This document shows, piece after piece, positions 1-7,013 of a DNA stretch of 64,000 bases. Where the stretch lies: positions 5,825-69,824 of the forward strand of contig CAMEQD010000006.1 in the NCBI GenBank assembly GCA_945932615.1, written 5' to 3'. How positions within the stretch are numbered: position 1 is the stretch's first letter; every line of letters starts with the position of its first letter. Both the position numbers and the translations under genes were made by a program. This DNA comes from an uncultured Prevotellaceae bacterium. Lineage in GTDB: Bacteria > Bacteroidota > Bacteroidia > Bacteroidales > Bacteroidaceae. The notes beneath the pieces were generated by a model. The model was not told the origin of the DNA and searched no databases. It worked only from the letters and a program-made list of their open reading frames with translations.

Positions 1-70
1 AATGCTTGGGGCATACGGATGAGCAGGCACTGCAACCGCAGCAGTTATGTTTGTCTGTTATGGTAATCAT
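1..70 (-). CDS. Fe-S protein, coenzyme F420 hydrogenase/dehydrogenase beta-subunit-like (5' fragment; runs off left edge)
   Basis: The reverse complement of 1-70 reads MITITDKHNCCGCSACSSVCPKH. Its ATG (70-68) overlaps the TGA (69-67) of the flippase gene (ATGA). A Cys-rich N-terminus like this is typical of Fe-S proteins in Bacteroidales capsule loci. Only 23 codons are visible. Confidence 0.4.
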   Translation of the reverse strand, partial: MITITDKHNCCGCSACSSVCPKH

Positions 71-1599
71 GACTTTAGTTTCAATATCCTAAGACCTTTG
101 TCAAGGAAAAACACTCTTTCTTCTTTTGTTATACCTATGAGGAATGCGCTCGTACCTACTGAGAGCACACAGGTTAATCCTACGGCAATGAAACGGTGCC
201 ACCCATTTTCCAATTGCATGTGAACCATGATGGGTAGGACAATCGACACAACAACTGTTGCCACTATTGGGATATACATGTTCTGCAAATACTGTCTCAT
301 TGGCAGACTGATAAGTTTACGGAGCATATACATTCTAGTAAACTGTGCTACTGATTCTACGCAAAAGTGTACGATAAAGACAGAATATGCTGGAGCTCCT
401 AATTTGAGCACAATGTATGAGATGGGAAGAATGGTAAGTAGGATACCCCCAACTACCATTTGGTATACTTTCACCTTTCCTGTGGCTTGATTGGCTATGA
501 CGCATGGATTGGCTATTGTACTGATGAGGGAGATGCAAACCATTATCTGTGTAAATATGACGGCATTGTCTGGTACTGTCTTTAGCCATAGGGTGAGGAG
601 AAAGTCGGTTTCTAACAATACTGGAAGCGAAATAAAGAACAGAAGCAAGAATGAAAAACGTGCACTTCTGAACATTAGGCTGTGCATTTGGCTAAGATTG
701 CCTGATGCGTAGGTTTTTGTAATCTGAGGATTGAGAGCCATCTGAAAGTTTCCTACGAACTGATGAATGGCGGTCTGTACTTGTACTGCTATGGCACGTG
801 CTGCGTTGACTATCGGTCCGAAGAAGACATTGAGAAGCATGTTGAGACCTTGTGTGAACAGGACTACCGAGATATTTCCCCACAGGCTCCACACTGCAAA
901 TCCTGCCATCTCCTTGAATAGAATCTTGTCCAGTATATGCCTGTACTTGGTTTCATAGAAATGACGGTGGCAGTAGATACTGTAAAAGAAGCGTATCAGT
1001 AGTTGTACAAGAAGGCTCAGAACGGCAAGTACTATTAGCTTGTCATAAGGAAAAACAAGAAGCAGATAGACGATTGCAAGTTTCAATATTGCTTCGAGTA
1101 CTGATATATAGGCAAAGGCCGACATTCTCTCATGGGCTATAATGCAGGCATTGTAGGGTACGCTGACTATCATGACTATGGTAGAGACGATACTGCATTG
1201 CAATACCCAGAATGCTGCATCTATACGCTCTGCAGGTATCTGCATCTTATTGTAGAGAAACCATAAGCCTATAGTCTCTCCAAGCAGGAATATGATAAAT
1301 GCTATCAGTGTATGTATCTGTAGCGTAGTGCTGAAGACGGTTTGCAATCGGTCTGAATCTCCTTTGCCTAATGCGAATGTGATGAAGCGTTGTGTCGACG
1401 ATGCCATGGCTGCATTGAGGAAGCCGAACATTGCCACCACTCCGCCTACGACATTCTGTATGCCGTAGTCTTCTACTCCGAGGGTGCTCAGAATGACGCG
1501 ACTCGTATATAACGAGATTGCCATCATAAAGAGCATCCTAACGTATAGCAGAAGGGTGTTTTTTGCTATACGCTTGTTGTTTGAAGATGTATCAGTCAT
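67..1599 (-). CDS. wzx: Polysaccharide biosynthesis flippase (MOP/Wzx family)
   Basis: 510-aa highly hydrophobic multi-helix ORF. The N-terminus NKRIAKNTLLLYVRMLFMMAISLYTSRVILSTLGVEDYG fits the polysaccharide-biosynthesis/Wzx pattern. It has the same orientation as upxY. Confidence 0.8.
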   Translation of the reverse strand: MTDTSSNNKRIAKNTLLLYVRMLFMMAISLYTSRVILSTLGVEDYGIQNVVGGVVAMFGFLNAAMASSTQRFITFALGKGDSDRLQTVFSTTLQIHTLIAFIIFLLGETIGLWFLYNKMQIPAERIDAAFWVLQCSIVSTIVMIVSVPYNACIIAHERMSAFAYISVLEAILKLAIVYLLLVFPYDKLIVLAVLSLLVQLLIRFFYSIYCHRHFYETKYRHILDKILFKEMAGFAVWSLWGNISVVLFTQGLNMLLNVFFGPIVNAARAIAVQVQTAIHQFVGNFQMALNPQITKTYASGNLSQMHSLMFRSARFSFLLLFFISLPVLLETDFLLTLWLKTVPDNAVIFTQIMVCISLISTIANPCVIANQATGKVKVYQMVVGGILLTILPISYIVLKLGAPAYSVFIVHFCVESVAQFTRMYMLRKLISLPMRQYLQNMYIPIVATVVVSIVLPIMVHMQLENGWHRFIAVGLTCVLSVGTSAFLIGITKEERVFFLDKGLRILKLKS

Positions 1600-1623
1600 T
1601 TTATTTCAATTTTCAGAGAAGAT

Positions 1624-1670
1624 GTACTTACTTTGCCCGAGAAATAGTACTTACTTTGCCGATGAAGTAT
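1624..1670. repeat. Two copies of GTACTTACTTTGCC spaced 23 bp apart, the second followed by GATGAAGTAT
   Basis: The copies lie at 1624-1637 and 1647-1660. They share ACTTTGCC ... AAGTAT with the reverse complement of the 22-bp tandem repeat at 5970-6047. Confidence 0.6.
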
Positions 1671-1770
1671 ATATTGGAAATTTCCGACTCTTTCTACGCT
1701 CGGGATAATGAATGCAAGCATCCCTTCTCCTCTCGCTTAACGAAAGAGTTCTTTGAAAAATAAGTAGTTC

Positions 1771-2352
1771 TTATTTGTTGTCCTCTTCTTTGCGAATGAA
1801 CTTGTGCTTTATCTTGACTACGGCGAAGTTCAGTTCTATCTCCGTTTCTGTTGAGGCGGTGGATAGGTTGTTGCCCACAACCGTGGCGAGGAGCTGGCCT
1901 GTCTTCTGGAGGAGAGTCTGCTGCTCACGGCCTCCATCGGTCACGTTTTGAAGGGCTTCCATGGTGCGTGCCATCTCCCGCACTTCAACGAAGGTGTCGA
2001 TGATAGCAAGAGTGGTCTGGGTGGCACGGGGGGACTTCAGAACTGTGGCAAGCATATAAAGACCGCGTTCGGTGAAGGCCTTGAAATTGTATTTTGAATA
2101 GTGACCTTTGCCTTGCGATGGTTCTAAGGTCGAAATTTTCGACCTTAGAACGGCAGATTCTTCTTCATCGAGGCATATGATACAGCGAGGAGGAAACTTG
2201 TCGGGGTTATTTCTCACAGCCTCGTTGATACGTTTAGTCTCTACTCCATAGAGTTCTGCCACGTCACGGTCGAGAAGGGCGTGTTGACCACGGACGATAA
2301 TCAGACGTGACTCAACATCCTTGGTCGTAATGGGGATTATATCTTTTGACAT
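1771..2352 (-). CDS. ORF6N domain-containing protein (KilA-N-like DNA-binding)
   Basis: VRGQHALLDRDVAELYGVETKRINEAVRNNPDKFPP matches the ORF6N signature (IRGQ.V.LD.DLA.LYGV.TK.LN.AV.RN..RFP). Confidence 0.8.
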   Translation of the reverse strand: MSKDIIPITTKDVESRLIIVRGQHALLDRDVAELYGVETKRINEAVRNNPDKFPPRCIICLDEEESAVLRSKISTLEPSQGKGHYSKYNFKAFTERGLYMLATVLKSPRATQTTLAIIDTFVEVREMARTMEALQNVTDGGREQQTLLQKTGQLLATVVGNNLSTASTETEIELNFAVVKIKHKFIRKEEDNK

Positions 2353-2448
2353 GATGACTATCTGTTAGTCGGTGTATCATACTTATATGTTATTCTTGCC
2401 AATGTTCATCGGAACTTATTCAGAACTTAATCTGATTCCGTTTCATCC

Positions 2449-2583
2449 GGTAAATGTCCGAATTCTGGGTCACTAAGCATTTGCTGCCTGAAAAACAGGC
2501 AGTTTGCAAAGTGTCCTAATTTTGGGGAATAGTTAATTTTAATGTTTTTTAATGCGCTTTGTGCCAAAGGTGAGGCATGAAGC
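2449..2583. repeat. Shared upstream module A, copy 1 (135 bp)
   Basis: It is identical to 4225-4349 except for 2 substitutions and a 10-bp duplication (TTTTTTAATG). It contains the hairpin CTGCCTG-AAAAA-CAGGCAG. Confidence 0.9.
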
Positions 2584-2630
2584 GTAAACATTCAATTTAG
2601 GGATTACATCTGATTAAAAAATGGCATCAG
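2584..2630. repeat. Shared upstream motif B, copy 1
   Basis: GTAAACATTCAATTTAGGGATTACATCTGATT matches 5851-5882 at 27 of 32 positions. The similarity continues into AAATGGCATC / AAATGACATC. Confidence 0.7.
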
Positions 2631-2756
2631 CCATACCTATATTTGCGGGTGTCTCAGTGGTGTTTAAAAATCGGCAGAGAAATAAAAAACTGATTCTTAG
2701 ACCTAAATTGAGTGGTCACAGTAAACCTATACACCTAATTTGGTATTCCTACCGTC

Positions 2757-3182
2757 TTACCTCTCATTCAAAATTGTTTGAAGGCCAAACTTTGAGTACC
2801 ATTGGAATTTAAGGTCAGAACTTACAAGTGTTGCCTTGTCTGAAATCGCTTGTGCAATAATCATTCTGTCAAAAGGATCTCTGTGGTCACGTATAAAAGG
2901 CAAAGATGAATATACCTGTAAATGTTTGTCATTAACAGATACCCTATCTATTGACATTCTGTCTAATGTTGCAACAATTTCTTCTGGCCTAAGAGTTTTG
3001 CCATTCTCGGTTCTTGCCGAAATCTTTCCAATTTGAAAAAGGTGAATCAATTCATGCACACAAACTACGCTTGTATACAACGTGTTGGAATAATCGAACA
3101 AATACTCCAATACGTCTTTGCTGAGTGAGGTGTTATCACAAATCAGGAATACCAATATGTTTGTGTCTAAATGAAGTCTCAT
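2757..3182 (-). CDS. PIN-domain ribonuclease, VapC-like toxin
   Basis: 141 aa. The N-terminal MRLHLDTNILVF (acidic D in the LDTN motif) and C-terminal SSD acidic residue are typical of PIN domains. Its start overlaps a small upstream ORF by 4 bp. Confidence 0.75.
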   Translation of the reverse strand: MRLHLDTNILVFLICDNTSLSKDVLEYLFDYSNTLYTSVVCVHELIHLFQIGKISARTENGKTLRPEEIVATLDRMSIDRVSVNDKHLQVYSSLPFIRDHRDPFDRMIIAQAISDKATLVSSDLKFQWYSKFGLQTILNER

Positions 3183-3358
3183 TTCAGAACCGCCTTCATA
3201 TCATTGATTTGAAGCTGGTAATCACTGTCAGAAGAAAAGAACCATTCTCCTAACTTGTTAAGCTTCTGTGGTAGTTTCTCCCTAAGTTCATGAAGATAAT
3301 TGTTTGACTTTACGTCATGCCTATAGGCAATATCATTATTTCTAATTGTTGTACCCAT
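3179..3358 (-). CDS. Putative antitoxin partner of the PIN toxin (59 aa, below the ORF-track cutoff)
   Basis: Hand translation of the reverse complement gives MGTTIRNNDIAYRHDVKSNNYLHELREKLPQKLNKLGEWFFSSDSDYQLQINDMKAVLK. Its TGA (3181-3179) overlaps the toxin ATG (3182-3180) as ATGA. Confidence 0.5.
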   Translation of the reverse strand: MGTTIRNNDIAYRHDVKSNNYLHELREKLPQKLNKLGEWFFSSDSDYQLQINDMKAVLK

Positions 3359-3657
3359 TGTATATTTACATTAATTTATTACATATTCTGTTGGTAAAGA
3401 TACAAGCTTTTTTTTAATTGACCAAGATCTTTCGTGAAAAAAATGACAATTAAGTAAGCACTCCACTTGTAACCGTAAACGACCATCGTAACGTAACCAC
3501 TATTTTTCAAATAGTTACGAGCTATTTTTTCAAAAAATGCTAAATTATTGCTTTGGATGGCAAGGATTGTGCCTTATAGCATGGCAGCATGGATAGAAGG
3601 TCAGAGGGACGGATTCCGCTGACCCACAATGAATCAAGGTGTGCCACCCCCCTCGAC

Positions 3658-4209
3658 TCATACCATACCTGCTATGTAGTGCATCTCTTCCACTACTAAT
3701 TGATTGAGGATAGGTGTCAACCGCTCAATCTTGTTACACTTCACTTTGTTGAAGTGGAAGTCGATATCATCGAGCAGCTCATAGGCCTGCTCATCTGACA
3801 TGTCGCCACCATAGCCGGCAGCGGTGATGGTGATGGCGGCCAGTTTACGGGCATTCTTATCTGTCGTCAGGTCGTACGCGCCGTGCAGGATATAGGGAAG
3901 CGTTTCATAGATGATGTTGCAGTAGTGCAGGAGCTCGTCGAAGTACTCCGACTCGATGAGATAGGCTTCAAGCATTTCTTCCTGATACCGTCTGAGAAGC
4001 AGGAAGTATTTCTCTTTGGCTATTTTGCCGCTCATGGGTCCGGTCATTACCCAAAACAGAGCGTGTGAAAGGACGATGCGGTCATCTGACTGGTGGTAGT
4101 AGAAGAGGCTGTCTTCGGGTGTCATGCTCTCCTGCAGCCGCTTCTCCATCTGTTCGAACATGACCTTGCGAGTCTCCTTCAGTTTTTGTTGTGTGTTGGG
4201 GGTAATCAT
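3658..4209 (-). CDS. Hypothetical protein (183 aa, no family recognised)
   Basis: Clean ORF preceded directly by the shared 125-bp upstream module (4225-4349). The sequence is helical-looking with no motif I can name. Confidence 0.55.
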   Translation of the reverse strand: MITPNTQQKLKETRKVMFEQMEKRLQESMTPEDSLFYYHQSDDRIVLSHALFWVMTGPMSGKIAKEKYFLLLRRYQEEMLEAYLIESEYFDELLHYCNIIYETLPYILHGAYDLTTDKNARKLAAITITAAGYGGDMSDEQAYELLDDIDFHFNKVKCNKIERLTPILNQLVVEEMHYIAGMV

Positions 4210-4224
4210 TGTATATTGGTAAAT

Positions 4225-4349
4225 GGTAAATGTCCGAATTCTGGGTCACCAAGCATTTGCTGCCTGAAAAACAGGCAGTTTGCAAAGTGTTCTAATTTTG
4301 GGGAATAGTTAATTTTAATGCGCTTTGTGCCAAAGGTGAGGCATGAAGC
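4225..4349. repeat. Shared upstream module A, copy 2 (125 bp)
   Basis: See copy 1. It ends 15 nt upstream of the 183-aa gene's ATG. Confidence 0.9.
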
Positions 4350-4351
4350 TG

Positions 4352-4555
4352 TCAATTGTACGATTCGGATTGTAAACTCTTGAGTGACGCTATGATGGAT
4401 TCATATTCGGCTGCCATAGCTTTCATCTCGTAGACATCCGAGCACATGAGCATACCTGATGCAATCTGGTTGAGCAGACGCAGTATCCATATTTGTAGCG
4501 AATTAAAATTTTACTCGTTGCAAACTGGGATGACTTTGAAACGAAGTTGGTTCAT
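4352..4555 (-). pseudogene. Small ORF interrupted by one in-frame TAA (gene remnant?)
   Basis: The minus-strand reading is MNQLRFKVIPVCNE*NFNSLQIWILRLLNQIASGMLMCSDVYEMKAMAAEYESIIASLKSLQSESYN*. The final stop lies 2 nt from repeat module A2. Confidence 0.2.
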
Positions 4556-4796
4556 ATAAAAGAGATTAATTTGGGGGGTGTACTAAATTTCACCCTATGA
4601 AAAAGTTGAAGCCCTATGGTAAAGCATTTTCTCAAAATTATTTACATCCTTGCTAATTTATAAAGGGTGAAGGGAGATGACAGAACTCTCTTTTAACAAA
4701 CACGTCATAATTCTCCTTTACCAAAATTACCATATCTAAATCATTTATAGACAAGGCTTACGCAGTTGTGCCTGAATTTGAAGCCTATCCTGTTAA

Positions 4797-5693
4797 TTAC
4801 TTATTCTCTTCATTGTCTGTTTCGGTTTCTTCAGAAAGGGAGTTCCACTGGTCTGCCGGAGGAAGATAGTCTGAAGCGCGTTCTGGAGAGATGATGGAAT
4901 GGCCAATCTGCTCTTCAAGTTTCTTGCGGGCTTCGCCTGCTATCTGTCCGCCTTTGTGGGCTATCTCGGCACTTTGACGATAGCCTTTGGGATTGCGGGC
5001 TTTTGAGATTTCAGCTGTGGAGGCTTCGGCAAAGATATTGAGGGCGAGTTCCATGTTTGTCATATTGTCGCGAAGGGATTCTTTGTGAAGACCTTTATAA
5101 CGTTTGTATTGTGCTGTGGTCTTGCCGCTCCATTCCTTGGTGATGATGTCGGTTAGGGTGGCATATTGCTGTCCTTCTTTCACTCCAGCACGATCCCACT
5201 CATCGGTGAGTACTTTGCGTATTTCGATTGACTTGAGTCGCTGATTGATCCATTTGTCGGAATAGCCCAGACGACGGTAGTCGTTATATGCTTGCTCGAA
5301 GTTGAGTTCTGGGTCTTGCATCTGGTCGAGACGGTCGGATGCTACCTGTGCCATCCATTGCTTGAAGGGTTCTGCCTTCTTGGAGGGAATGGACTGGATG
5401 ATGCGGAAGAGCTGTGGCTGAGTGGCGACATCGGTGAGGTATCGTTTGCCATCTTTGGGGGAAACTAATTTCAGTTGGTGACAATCTGTCACCGACTCAT
5501 TCCCTTCTTCCACGAGACGTTGTTTGAGTTTGTTCCAATACTTTCGAGCGGTATCATAATCTTTGCTATCTGCAAGAATCCAGCAGATGTCGATAATGGA
5601 GAAGTACCATTGCTGATCTTCTTCTGACCATACTGTTCGCACCTTCTGACCTTCGAAGAGTTGTATCTTAAAATTGTTCTTATCGTTTGCCAT
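4797..5693 (-). CDS. Bro-N domain protein, DinD-like (phage antirepressor-type)
   Basis: The likely start is MANDKNNFKIQLFEGQKVRTVWSEEDQQWYFSIIDIC (Bro-N). The C-terminal half (GLHKESLRDNMTNMELALNIFAEASTAE...GGQIAGEARKKLEEQIG) resembles E. coli DinD. The track ORF start at 5858 is an upstream extension. Confidence 0.75.
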   Translation of the reverse strand: MANDKNNFKIQLFEGQKVRTVWSEEDQQWYFSIIDICWILADSKDYDTARKYWNKLKQRLVEEGNESVTDCHQLKLVSPKDGKRYLTDVATQPQLFRIIQSIPSKKAEPFKQWMAQVASDRLDQMQDPELNFEQAYNDYRRLGYSDKWINQRLKSIEIRKVLTDEWDRAGVKEGQQYATLTDIITKEWSGKTTAQYKRYKGLHKESLRDNMTNMELALNIFAEASTAEISKARNPKGYRQSAEIAHKGGQIAGEARKKLEEQIGHSIISPERASDYLPPADQWNSLSEETETDNEENK

Positions 5694-5850
5694 ATTTATG
5701 GAAATTGGTCTGGATGTGGTTAATCTTAACCAATATCGCCTAATTCTCGCTGCAAAGTTATATAAAACCCCCGAATTACAAATCAGTCCTGATAAAAAAA
5801 ATAATGTCACTCCCCAAAATGTGCGGTTTTGAGAAAAATCAAGCCCGTAA

Positions 5851-5898
5851 GTAAGCACTCAATTTAGGGCACACATCTGATTTGACAAATGACATCTG
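5851..5898. repeat. Shared upstream motif B, copy 2
   Basis: GTAAGCACTCAATTTAGGGCACACATCTGATT lies here. A partial third copy (AAGTAAGCACTCC) lies at 3453-3465. Confidence 0.7.
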
Positions 5899-5969
5899 TC
5901 TAAGCTTTATTGGTGGCGTCTGGGTGATTTAAGAGGAAAATATTGGTTTTTATTGCCCTTCATGGGCAA

Positions 5970-6047
5970 GTGGAGATACTTGACAAAGTATGTGGAGATA
6001 CTTGGCAAGATATGTGGAGATACTTGGCAAAGTATGTGGAGATACTT
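5970..6047. repeat. 22-bp tandem repeat x3.5, each unit containing the palindrome ATACTT-GGCA-AAGTAT
   Basis: The units are GTGGAGATACTTGACAAAGTAT, GTGGAGATACTTGGCAAGATAT, GTGGAGATACTTGGCAAAGTAT and GTGGAGATACTT. The array ends 9 nt from the upxY stop. Confidence 0.9.
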
Positions 6048-6055
6048 TTTTTTGT

Positions 6056-6598
6056 CTACTTTAGCAGTTGGATGTATTCTGTCTCTACTTGTATGGCGGC
6101 GGAGAGGTTGCACTCCTGGAGATCGATGAGGAGCCGCTTGTGTTTGCTGCCTCGCTTGCACATGAGACGACCTTCGAAACCGTCAAGTTGGCCTCCGATG
6201 ATGCGGATATGCCTACCGTACAACTGGGGGGAGACTTCTTCGTAGCTGAAATACTCGACGTTTTCGGTCTGCATGACTGCGTGTCTGAAACGTTCGAATT
6301 CGATATGGCTCACGCTCATGACTTCGTATTGCTTGCCGCCACGGACGTAACGGAACTGCAATAACGGCATCCTGCGCACTATGGGGTCGAGGGTCTCTTT
6401 GGTCTTGTGTACAAAGATGAGGTCGGGCATGTAGGGGACTAAGCGGGCTACACGCTTGCCTGACTCTATGAATACGCGCTGCTTCATGGGTATGAAGACG
6501 CAATCCTCCATTTCTGGCATCGCCTGGAGTTCTTTGTAGGCGGGATTCTTTGCGTTCGGACGTGCCAGGTCGCGCAACACATACCAACGGTCTTCCAT
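6056..6598 (-). CDS. upxY: UpxY-family transcription antiterminator (NusG-like)
   Basis: 180 aa. MEDRWYVLRD...LIFVHKTKETLD...IRIIGGQLDGFEGRLM has the NGN plus KOW-like layout of Bacteroidales capsule-locus UpxY proteins. It is preceded by a long leader. Confidence 0.85.
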   Translation of the reverse strand: MEDRWYVLRDLARPNAKNPAYKELQAMPEMEDCVFIPMKQRVFIESGKRVARLVPYMPDLIFVHKTKETLDPIVRRMPLLQFRYVRGGKQYEVMSVSHIEFERFRHAVMQTENVEYFSYEEVSPQLYGRHIRIIGGQLDGFEGRLMCKRGSKHKRLLIDLQECNLSAAIQVETEYIQLLK

Positions 6599-6860
6599 GC
6601 TGTTGGGGGGCTTGGAAAGATTTGCTTGAATATTTAGATCTTCATCAGAGATATGTGCATACCTCTTAGTCCTGCTCGTTTCTCTTTATTACTGAGATAC
6701 AAGCAGTTACGCGGATACAGTGTGAGAGTTGGCATCTGAAGTCCGGCTTCAAGCCAGTCTGCGGTTTCATCTTAACCCTGTATTTCTATCTATCGTTTTA
6801 CACACTTACCGTGTGCACAAAATACTTCACCTCTTAGAAAGAGGAGTATTTTGCTGACGG

Positions 6861-6868
6861 CAAAGATA
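6861..6868 (-). promoter_or_regulatory. Bacteroidota -7 box (TATCTTTG on minus strand) for upxY, giving a ~250-nt leader
   Basis: CAAAGATA is on the plus strand. It is followed, on the transcribed side, by an imperfect hairpin at about 6815-6855. Confidence 0.5.
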
Positions 6869-7000
6869 TGAAAAAATTTTCGGAAATTCTAAAAATTATA
6901 GAATTATATTTTGAGAAGCGTTAAATTAGTTGACATGAATCATGTTGAGCAGTTGTGTAAAAAAAGGCATTTTAGACGGGTGTGTTTGGAAATTATTCCG

Positions 7001-7008
7001 TAACTTTG
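7001..7008 (+). promoter_or_regulatory. -7 box TAACTTTG upstream of the nuclease-helicase gene
   Basis: This is an exact TAnnTTTG match 6 nt before the ATG at 7014. No good -33 TTTG occurs at 19-21 nt spacing. Confidence 0.4.
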
Positions 7009-7013
7009 CGTGC

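Noticed and set aside
2449-4349. Module A copies considered as integron attC sites or gene-cassette recombination sites
   Set aside because: There is no integron integrase or attI in the window. The module lies 5' (not 3') of the genes it accompanies, and it lacks the R''/L''-L'/R' attC organisation as far as I can see.
4797-5858. Long N-terminal extensions in several track ORFs (4797-5858, 11149-14424, 19428-20156, 26239-27936, 29103-30173, 34438-35235, 45459-46715, 46869-47657, 54557-55474, 28087-29151)
   Set aside because: The extensions run through promoter boxes or repeats, or overlap upstream genes. Internal ATGs give canonical N-termini or signal peptides, so I used shorter coordinates.
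6599-6941. Searched the upxY upstream region for inverted repeats flanking the promoter (a phase-variable invertible promoter, as in Bacteroides fragilis capsule loci)
   Set aside because: I found only a local imperfect hairpin (about 6815-6855) just downstream of the -7 box. No pair of inverted repeats brackets the promoter, and no recombinase gene is nearby.
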